A DNA stretch of 32,000 nucleotides from Candidatus Scatavimonas merdigallinarum (lineage in GTDB: Bacteria > Bacillota > Clostridia > Oscillospirales > Acutalibacteraceae): the NCBI GenBank assembly GCA_018713055.1, contig DVFW01000028.1:40653-72652 (forward strand), read 5' to 3'. The notes beneath the pieces are model-generated. The model saw only the letters and a program-made list of their open reading frames with translations. It had not been told where the DNA came from and ran no database searches. A program made the position numbers and the translations under genes. Numbering within the stretch: the stretch's first letter is position 1; every line of letters starts with the position of its first letter. Below, in pieces: positions 16,910-24,240 of the stretch.

Positions 16910-17071
16910 TCAGCGTGGGGGTGGTGTGGGATATTCATCTAAGTGAACCCCCGCCTCCCATTTTGAGATTGTTCTATCGCTGATAGATAGTGCCTTGACA
17001 AGTTGCCTTTGGGTAAAATTATTTAATTTTCTTGTTCCGGCTATGAATTTGCCGATTTGCATTTGATCCAT
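16910..17071 (-). CDS. Short XRE-family HTH protein, probably C-terminally truncated (53 aa)
   Basis: Not in the supplied ORF track (under 60 aa). Translation is MDQMQIGKFIAGTRKLNNFTQRQLVKALSISDRTISKWEAGVHLDEYPTPPPR*. It has a classic Q..LA..LGVS..TIS.WE.G HTH pattern, an AGGAAAG SD, and is followed by the 16824..16875 terminator. Confidence 0.55.
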   Translation of the reverse strand: MDQMQIGKFIAGTRKLNNFTQRQLVKALSISDRTISKWEAGVHLDEYPTPPPR

Positions 17072-17091
17072 TGTTTTTTCTTTCCTATCCG

Positions 17092-17104
17092 TCTACATTG
17101 TAGA
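17092..17104. promoter_or_regulatory. 13-bp palindrome (candidate operator) upstream of the XRE ORF
   Basis: TCTACA-T-TGTAGA lies 21 nt upstream of the ATG at 17071 and overlaps a TACAAT -10-like hexamer on the minus strand. Confidence 0.3.
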
Positions 17105-17260
17105 TAACGGGTAATTAAGTTTCACAAACCAAAGCTGCGGAGCGTATGCGCAATGCGGTAAATTGCCTTAAATTTTACATAAATATTGCAAAACTATGCT
17201 GGAAGGCAAAGCGGAGAAACTGATAAAATAAAGCGAAAACAATAGGAAGGAGATACATTT

Positions 17261-20200
17261 ATGAAGAATTTATGGAGACGGAAGCTCTTGTCTGGACTAT
17301 TGGCAGCCGCTATGGCGGCTACAGCCATATCCGGCGGAATGGCTGTTGTTTCGGCAGCAAAAGGACCGTCAAACGGCACGTTCCGGGAAAACAGTTTTGA
17401 GGAAAACGCGCCCTTGACGATGGAGCGTTTAAGCAGCATACAAATTGGGGTTCCCAACCCGGATGGAGCCGTAGCGGAGATTGTAACTTATAATGCCGAC
17501 CGGCAGGAAGCCTATGTGGTCAACGGTCAGGACGGCCTGCTGTATCGTTTTTCTGTAATGGAGACCGGTCTGACAGAAACCGGCAACGAAGATATGCGCG
17601 ACATGGTGGAGGGCTTTACCTACGGAGATATGACCAGCGTGGCGGTTGACACCGTCAACGACCATATAGCCGTAGCGCTCCAGGCTACCGGCTATGCAGA
17701 CAACGGCCGAATTGTGCTGCTGGACTATGATTTTAACCTGCTGGCGGTCTATGAGGCAGGCGTACAGCCGGATATGGTGACCTTCTCTCATGACGGCCGG
17801 TTCATTCTTTCCGCCAATGAAGGAGAGCCGAGGGAAGGCTATGGCGAAGGTACAACCGACCCTGCTGGCTCGGTTTCTGTAATTGATCTTATGAAAGATA
17901 CTGTGACAACCGCAGGATTTGAAAAATTTGACTCTGCCGAGCTTGCAGAACAAGGTGTTCTGATTGGCAAAGCAAATGGGAAGATGAACGAAGCAGTTGT
18001 TGATCTGGAGCCCGAATATATTGCTGTTTCTGCCGATGACAGCAAAGCTTATGTTTCTTTACAGGAGGCCAACGCGATTGCCACGGTAGATTTAGAAAGC
18101 GTACAGATCACCGCGGTTAAAAGCATGGGCTTTAAAGATTTAAGCGATGAAAAGAACGCGATCGACCTGTTGGAAGATGGGGCCTATCAGCCAAAGACCT
18201 ACCCAAACGCGTTGGGGGTATATATGCCGGACGCCTTAAGCATTTTTGAAGCAAACGGCGCCAGCTATTTGGTAACCGCCAACGAAGGCGATGCCAGGGA
18301 GTGGGGCGATTATGTTAATGAAGCCAAAGAAAATTTGCTTGCCTCCGACAATACGGAAGCCGAAAAGGTCCGTGTGCTGGACAAGGATCTGACTGCTGTG
18401 CCGGACGAAAGCAAAGAATATCTTTACGGCGGTCGTTCCTTTGCCATTTACAACGCGGACACCATGGAACTGGTGTATGAAAGTGGAAATGATTTTGAAG
18501 AAAAAACGGCCGCGTATCTTCCGAACTGGTTTAATTGTTCTAACGATGATATTGAGCCGGACAGCCGCAGTGCAAAAAAAGGACCTGAGGCGGAAAGCGT
18601 TACGGTTGGTCAGATTGGTGAAAAAACCTATGCCTTTATCGCTCTGGAGAGAATTGGCGGTGTGATGGTGTACGACATAACCAACCCGGCAAATGCAACC
18701 TATGTCAACTATATAAACACCCGTAATTTCAGCGAGGAGATAAAAGAAGATGTTTCCCCGGAAGGATTGTGTTTTCTTTCAATCAACGGCAAGCCCCTGC
18801 TTCTTGCAGCTTGTGAGGTTTCCGGCACGGTAGCAGCCTATTCCTTTGCCGGTAAAGCTGTTGGAGAGGTGCCGGAAGGGCCTGTATATACCCCTATCCA
18901 AAACGATGCAGTTATCCTCTATACCAATGATGTGCATTGCGCCATGGAGGATTATGCGGCCTTTGCTTCCTATCGGCAGCAGATGCTGGACGCGGGCTAC
19001 CGTACCATTACCGTTGATGCAGGCGACGCCGTACAGGGTGAAGTGATCGGTACGCTGACCAACGGCACCGCGATTGTGGAAATCATGAATTCGGTAAACT
19101 ATGACTATGCAGTGCCTGGCAACCATGAGTTCGACTATGGAATGGACGTCTTTAAGGCGCTTTCCGGCCAGGTGGAAACGGACGTCATGCCCGAATACAA
19201 ATATTTAAGCGCCAACTTTGTGGATTTAAAAACAAACCAGACTGTTTTTGAACCTTATGAAATTCGGAAAATAGCCGGGCAGGATGTGGCCTTTGTGGGG
19301 ATTTCCACTCCAGAAACCTATACCAAATCCACTCCGGCCTATTTTCAGGACGAAAACGGCAACTATATTTACAGCTTCTGCGAAGGCAGCGAAGACGACA
19401 CTTTATTCTATGATACAATTCAGGCGGCGGTAGACAGCGCCATGGATGAGGGTGCTGATCTGGTAATTGCCGTAGGCCATCTGGGAACTGACGCTGCCTC
19501 CAGCCCCTGGCGCTCCACTGATGTAATTGCAAACACCATCGGAATTGACGCGTTTATAGACGCCCACTCCCACAGTACAATAGAAAAACAGCTGGTGGAC
19601 AACAAAAACGGCGAGGAGGTTGTGCTCACCTCCACCGGCACAAAATTTGCAAACTTTGGTAAAATGACCATTTTTGAAGACGGCACAATTGTAAGCGAGC
19701 TGATTACCCCTGAAGAGGTGGACGTAGACGCTACCGCTTCGGCAAAGTTTGCCTATGACGAGACACAGAAGGTCATTGACAAATACAAAGAGTTGCAGCA
19801 GTTTACTTATGAAGAGGTTGGCTTCTCTGAGGTCAGTTTGACCACAGTAGACCCGGAAACCGGCGACCGTATAATCCGTAATCAGGAAACCAATATGGGG
19901 AATTTTGTGGCCGACGCCTACCGAGCGACCACTGGGGCGGATATTGCGTTTGCCAATGGCGGCGGTATTCGAGCGGATGTAGCAGAGGGAACCGTCGCCC
20001 GCAAGGACCTGATGGATGTCAACGCCTTTGGCAATACCATGTGTGTGCTGGAGGTTACCGGCCGGCAGATTCTTGACGCTTTGGAATGGAGCGCCCATGC
20101 GCCGCTTAACGAGGATAAAACGGCTTTAACGGAAAACGGCGGTTTCATGCACACGGCAGGCCTTACCTATGAGATTAATCTGCATGTACAGGAAAGCCCG

Positions 20201-20812
20201 GTTCTTACCGACAACCAGGGCGTTTTTACCGGCATTGACGAAAGCAGGCCCCGCCGGGTGCAGAACGTTAGAGTAAACGGGGAAATTATTAACCCGGAGG
20301 CCACCTATACCCTGGCGGGCAGCGCTTATACCCTGCAGAGCGGCGGCGACGGCTATACAATGTTCAAAGATGCCAGAGTCGTTGAGGCTGATTGCGGAAA
20401 GGATCAGGATTTGCTGATTCAGTATCTGCAGGAAAATCTTGACGGGACGATTCCGGCTGATCTGTACGGAAATCCATACGGAGAAGGCCGCATTAAGATT
20501 TTGGTTGCAGGGTCGGAGGAAGCTCACCGCTATGCGGAGACTGAGCGCGTAGAGGCTACAAATGAGCAGGACGGCTATGTTAAATATATGTGCGGCATTT
20601 GCGGAGAGGAGAAAATCGAAGTACTGCCCAAATTGTCTGGGGAAGAAGAAAAAACGGAAACCTCGCCCGAACAGCCGGGGAAAGAAGGAAGCGCCGGCTT
20701 CCCGGAAACCGGCGGCAACATTCCGGTTGTTTGTTTTGTACTTTTGCTTGGGTCGGCGGCCATAATCAGCGGCTTGGCCGTGTGGAAACGCAGCGGCGGA
20801 AAAAATGCGTGA
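17261..20812 (+). CDS. Cell-wall-anchored fusion protein: signal peptide + choice-of-anchor-I (beta-propeller-like) domain + metallophosphatase/5'-nucleotidase (UshA-like) + FPETG sorting signal
   Basis: GGAAGGAG SD. Signal peptide ends AVVSAAKG. The N-terminal half has EPEYIAVS..., TANEGDAREW and PEAESV...GGVMVYDITNP, typical of choice-of-anchor-I as I recall. The C-terminal half has NDVHC, DAGDAVQG, GNHEFD, GHLG, DAHSHS and the 5'-nucleotidase C-domain. The tail is FPETGG + hydrophobic helix + KRSGGKNA. Confidence 0.85.
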   Translation: MKNLWRRKLLSGLLAAAMAATAISGGMAVVSAAKGPSNGTFRENSFEENAPLTMERLSSIQIGVPNPDGAVAEIVTYNADRQEAYVVNGQDGLLYRFSVMETGLTETGNEDMRDMVEGFTYGDMTSVAVDTVNDHIAVALQATGYADNGRIVLLDYDFNLLAVYEAGVQPDMVTFSHDGRFILSANEGEPREGYGEGTTDPAGSVSVIDLMKDTVTTAGFEKFDSAELAEQGVLIGKANGKMNEAVVDLEPEYIAVSADDSKAYVSLQEANAIATVDLESVQITAVKSMGFKDLSDEKNAIDLLEDGAYQPKTYPNALGVYMPDALSIFEANGASYLVTANEGDAREWGDYVNEAKENLLASDNTEAEKVRVLDKDLTAVPDESKEYLYGGRSFAIYNADTMELVYESGNDFEEKTAAYLPNWFNCSNDDIEPDSRSAKKGPEAESVTVGQIGEKTYAFIALERIGGVMVYDITNPANATYVNYINTRNFSEEIKEDVSPEGLCFLSINGKPLLLAACEVSGTVAAYSFAGKAVGEVPEGPVYTPIQNDAVILYTNDVHCAMEDYAAFASYRQQMLDAGYRTITVDAGDAVQGEVIGTLTNGTAIVEIMNSVNYDYAVPGNHEFDYGMDVFKALSGQVETDVMPEYKYLSANFVDLKTNQTVFEPYEIRKIAGQDVAFVGISTPETYTKSTPAYFQDENGNYIYSFCEGSEDDTLFYDTIQAAVDSAMDEGADLVIAVGHLGTDAASSPWRSTDVIANTIGIDAFIDAHSHSTIEKQLVDNKNGEEVVLTSTGTKFANFGKMTIFEDGTIVSELITPEEVDVDATASAKFAYDETQKVIDKYKELQQFTYEEVGFSEVSLTTVDPETGDRIIRNQETNMGNFVADAYRATTGADIAFANGGGIRADVAEGTVARKDLMDVNAFGNTMCVLEVTGRQILDALEWSAHAPLNEDKTALTENGGFMHTAGLTYEINLHVQESPVLTDNQGVFTGIDESRPRRVQNVRVNGEIINPEATYTLAGSAYTLQSGGDGYTMFKDARVVEADCGKDQDLLIQYLQENLDGTIPADLYGNPYGEGRIKILVAGSEEAHRYAETERVEATNEQDGYVKYMCGICGEEKIEVLPKLSGEEEKTETSPEQPGKEGSAGFPETGGNIPVVCFVLLLGSAAIISGLAVWKRSGGKNA

Positions 20813-20875
20813 TTATGTTGACGGACAAGGAATGGATCAAAATTTTTGCTGAATACAACAATAGAAAAAACAAAA

Positions 20876-20915
20876 AAGCCCCGTGTAGATGCTTTTCCAT
20901 TTACACGGGGCTTTT
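20876..20915 (+). terminator. Rho-independent terminator
   Basis: 12-bp stem AAGCCCCGTGTA/TACACGGGGCTT followed by TTTT. Confidence 0.8.
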
Positions 20916-21417
20916 CCGTATTATATATTTGTCTGTTATGAAAGAAGGGCGGTGGTAAAACAATATTTTTGCTGTGTTTTTTGGTTTTTACAAGAATTTA
21001 TTTTATTTATGTATTGACAGCCATGGGGTAAATATTATAACATTTTATACAGGGAATTTACAATTTGTTTACGTAGACTTTAAAAATGGGCGATACTTTT
21101 TGCGCAGATTTTACAAAGAATAATCCGGCAGGATATACGTAAGCGCTTTGTAATACAATATTTTAGAAAAAGAGGGCTGTATACACCACTCGGACCGTAA
21201 AAATGTGAGAAATCCAAGTAGCGTTTTATTTAATAAAAACAAAAACAGCTTTACGGTTTGAGCTCTGGGGTTATATGCGCTCTTTCATTTTGTCCTTTTC
21301 TATTATACATTTGCACTCCAAAGTGAAAAATTGCGGCCCAAAGACTGTTTTATAAAACGGCTTTTGGACGGCGCTGGCTGCAAGCTGCGTCGGGGGAAGA
21401 AAGGAACGAAAAAGCAT

Positions 21418-23166
21418 ATGGATATTTTTTCCTTATTTACATTGCTGGGCGGACTTGCCATGTTTTTATTTGGCATGAACACAATGGGCGACGGACTGGA
21501 AAAGCTTTCAGGAGGAAAACTTGAACGAACGCTTGAAAAAATGACAGATAACACGTTTAAGGGTTTTTTGCTGGGGGCGGGCGTAACGGCCGTTATCCAA
21601 AGTTCATCCGCCACCACGGTTATGGTGGTCGGATTTGTAAATTCCGGGATTATGAAGCTTGCCCAGGCAATCGGTGTGATTATGGGCGCAAATGTAGGAA
21701 CGACCGTAACGGCCTGGCTGCTCAGCCTTACAGGGATTGAGGGCGAGAGCTTTATTTTAAAGTTTTTAAAGCCTACGGGTTTTGCGCCGATCCTTGCGTT
21801 TATTGGGATTGCGCTTTTAATGTTTGCAAAGCGCGGCAAGAAAAAGGACATAGGCACAATTTTGGTTGGCTTTGCCGTTTTAATGTATGGCATGGAGGTC
21901 ATGAGCGGTGCGGTTGAACCTTTGGCAGAGGTGCCGGAATTTACAAATCTGCTTACTGTATTTTCCAACCCGCTGTTTGGTGTGCTGGCAGGCGCATTGC
22001 TGACGGCGGTAATCCAGAGTTCTTCCGCGTCGGTTGGTATTTTGCAGGCGCTTTCTGCCACGGGCAGCGTTACCTTTGCTACAGCAATTCCAATTGTTAT
22101 GGGCCAGAATATTGGAACATGCGTCACCGCAATGCTTTCCTGCATTGGGGCGAAAAAAAATGCAAAACGCGCGGCGTTTGTCCATTTGTATTTTAATATT
22201 ATAGGAACCGTCGTTATGTCTGCGTTGTTTTACTTATTAAACGCAATTTTTCAGTTCGATTTTGTAAGCGATTTTGTTACGCCTGCAGATATAGCGATTG
22301 TGCATACTTCTTTCAATTTATTGACAACAGCGATCCTTTTGCCGTTTTCCAAATACCTTGGAAAACTTGCCTGCCTTACGGTGCGAGATAAAGATAAAGA
22401 CGACGATACGCCGCATTTGGACGAACGGTTTCTTAACACACCGGCAATTGCAGTGGAGCAATGCGACGTTATGGCTGTAAAGATGGCGCACCTTTCAAGA
22501 GAAACGTTTCTTGCGTCGTTGGCGCTTATAGAAAGTTATGATGAAAAAACTGCAGAAAAGATACAGGAAAATGAAAATAAAATTGATATGTACGAGGATG
22601 TGCTTGGCTCTTACCTTGTAAAGCTGAGCAGTAAAAGCCTTACAATCAGCGACAGTAAAGAGGTTTCAAGGCTTTTGCACTGTATAGGCGACTTTGAAAG
22701 AATCAGCGACCATGCAGTTAACGTGCTGGATGTTGCAAGAGAAATGTATGAAAAGAAAATTGCTTTTTCTGCGCAGGCGAAAGACGAAATTAAAGTAATA
22801 ACAGCGGCGCTGACGGAAATATTGGCGATTACAATTGATGCGTTTGAAAACAAAGATTATGCGCTGGCGGATAAGGTGGAGCCGTTGGAGCAGGTGATTG
22901 ACGGACTCAAGGACAACCTCAAGCGCAGGCATATTAAAAGGTTGCGGGAGGGTACATGCACGATCGAGCTGGGCTTTATATTTTCAGATTTGCTCACCAA
23001 TTACGAAAGGGTGTCCGACCATTGCTCTAATATTGCAGTTTGTATGATCCAGGTTAATAAGGAAAGCTTTGAAACGCACGAGTACCTGCATGAAGTACGC
23101 GGTGCAGAAGAGGGACATTTTAAAGAGGAGTACAATGTATTTAAAACAAAATATGCATTACCCTGA
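21418..23166 (+). CDS. Na/Pi cotransporter family protein with C-terminal PhoU-like repeats
   Basis: Start was re-set to ATG 21418 (MDIFSLFTLLGGLAMFLFGM). Duplicated QSSSA(T/S) motifs are present, with a PhoU-like helical C-terminus (RISDHAVN / RVSDHCSNIA). Confidence 0.85.
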   Translation: MDIFSLFTLLGGLAMFLFGMNTMGDGLEKLSGGKLERTLEKMTDNTFKGFLLGAGVTAVIQSSSATTVMVVGFVNSGIMKLAQAIGVIMGANVGTTVTAWLLSLTGIEGESFILKFLKPTGFAPILAFIGIALLMFAKRGKKKDIGTILVGFAVLMYGMEVMSGAVEPLAEVPEFTNLLTVFSNPLFGVLAGALLTAVIQSSSASVGILQALSATGSVTFATAIPIVMGQNIGTCVTAMLSCIGAKKNAKRAAFVHLYFNIIGTVVMSALFYLLNAIFQFDFVSDFVTPADIAIVHTSFNLLTTAILLPFSKYLGKLACLTVRDKDKDDDTPHLDERFLNTPAIAVEQCDVMAVKMAHLSRETFLASLALIESYDEKTAEKIQENENKIDMYEDVLGSYLVKLSSKSLTISDSKEVSRLLHCIGDFERISDHAVNVLDVAREMYEKKIAFSAQAKDEIKVITAALTEILAITIDAFENKDYALADKVEPLEQVIDGLKDNLKRRHIKRLREGTCTIELGFIFSDLLTNYERVSDHCSNIAVCMIQVNKESFETHEYLHEVRGAEEGHFKEEYNVFKTKYALP

Positions 23167-23168
23167 AA

Positions 23169-23211
23169 ACAGGGGGATGAGCCGGCTGGTTCATCCCCCT
23201 GTTTTGTTTTT
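23169..23211. terminator. Bidirectional terminator between the Na/Pi gene (+) and mntP (-)
   Basis: 12-bp stem ACAGGGGGATGA/TCATCCCCCTGT with T-rich sequence 3' on the plus strand and TTTT on the minus strand. Confidence 0.75.
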
Positions 23212-23217
23212 GAAAAT

Positions 23218-23784
23218 TTACAGGATATCCAAATGCTCCAAAAGGATTTTTGCTCCCATCAGGATCAAAACAATGCCGCCGATAAGCTCGGCTTTGCTTT
23301 TAAAGCGTATTCCAAACCGGTTGCCGATAGCGACGCCTGCCAGAGACAGGGTAAAGGTAATGATACCAATTAAAGAAATGGCAGAGAAAATATTAACCTG
23401 CAAAAACGCAAGGGTAACGCCGGCGGCGAGCGCGTCAATGCTGGTGGCGATGGAAAGCATAAGCAGTTCTTTCAGATGCAGGCTTTCTTCCTTTGGCTCT
23501 TGCTCATGTGTATTACGGACGGCTTCAAGCACCATTTTTCCACCGATAAAGCATAGCAGGGCAAATGCAATCCAATGGTCAAAGTCTGTAATATAACGAG
23601 AGAACTGCGTGCCTAAAAGCCAGCCGACCAGCGGCATAAGCGCCTGAAAGCCTCCAAAAAACAGCGCAATTAAAAGGGTGTATTTTTTATTAAATACCCG
23701 CATGTTCAAACCTTTACACAAGGATACTGCAAAAGCGTCCATAGACAGCCCGACGGCAATAAAAAACAGCTCGGCAAAACCCAT
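23218..23784 (-). CDS. mntP: Manganese efflux pump MntP
   Basis: 188 aa. MGFAELFFIAVGLSMDAFAVS and a second SIDALAAGV repeat are typical of the MntP/YebN family. Confidence 0.9.
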   Translation of the reverse strand: MGFAELFFIAVGLSMDAFAVSLCKGLNMRVFNKKYTLLIALFFGGFQALMPLVGWLLGTQFSRYITDFDHWIAFALLCFIGGKMVLEAVRNTHEQEPKEESLHLKELLMLSIATSIDALAAGVTLAFLQVNIFSAISLIGIITFTLSLAGVAIGNRFGIRFKSKAELIGGIVLILMGAKILLEHLDIL

Positions 23785-23835
23785 ATTCAGACATCCTTTC
23801 AGAAAAATAAGCGATGGTTTCCCTTTTTTGTTTCA

Positions 23836-23962
23836 ATAAAAAAAGACGCAGGCACGGCGACAGGCACCGTACATGAGTCTCATTATTTCAGACAAGCCAG
23901 GCCAGACGGCCAGAATGTTGACTTGCCGCGTATGATTACGCCAATTACTCCCTCAATCACGT
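23836..23962 (-). promoter_or_regulatory. Probable yybP-ykoY (Mn2+) riboswitch leader of mntP
   Basis: The minus-strand RNA reads cgUGAUUGAGGGAGUAauugg...GGCAAGUCaac...GGCUUGUCUGAaauaaUGAGACUCAuguacg. It has a GGGAGUA core and a GUCUGA...GAGAC segment, and is closed by CGU..UGAG/CUCA..ACG pairing. A GC-rich imperfect hairpin and U7 follow. The position upstream of mntP fits the known association. Confidence 0.55.
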
Positions 23963-23968
23963 TTGTCT

Positions 23969-23997
23969 ATCGTAGCAGATTTTATTGCATTTGTCAA
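23969..23997 (-). promoter_or_regulatory. Sigma-A-type promoter for the riboswitch-mntP transcript
   Basis: On the minus strand, TTGACA, then 17 nt, then TACGAT, ending about 7 nt before the proposed aptamer start. Confidence 0.5.
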
Positions 23998-24240
23998 TCA
24001 TTCTTCATTAAACAGAAAAACATTTTTTGAAAAAATAAAAAATTTCTGGTTATTTAACCTATATTTACGAATAAAAATTTGTGAATTATGCAGATGTAAG
24101 ATAGATTGCAATTGGGACATCTGTAATATATACTTGACATAGAAATAAAAAATACTTTTTGCAGTGGAAAATATTGTGCGGCTCTAAACGGGAGTACCAC
24201 GGTGTTTGATATAGAAAATGGCTTTAAAGGAGATATTTTT

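Noticed and set aside
15491-17260. Direct repeat of the tRNA-fMet 3' end (att site) and an integrase gene that would define a bona fide integrated element
   Set aside because: I looked for a copy of GGTTCAAATCCTGCCTCCGCA-like sequence and for integrase motifs and found neither by eye. The islet is therefore described only as a decayed remnant.
20815-20958. 47-codon ORF (MLTDKEWIKIFAEYNN...) right after the surface-protein gene
   Set aside because: It has no SD, it reads straight through the 20876..20915 terminator hairpin, and its composition looks non-coding.
21303-22145. 280-aa minus-strand ORF. Similar long antisense ORFs occur at 10434..11258, 19403..20098, 5140..5784, 25072..25632 and 747..1268.
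   Set aside because: All lie inside strongly supported genes on the opposite strand and lack SD sequences or recognisable motifs. They are typical antisense shadow frames.
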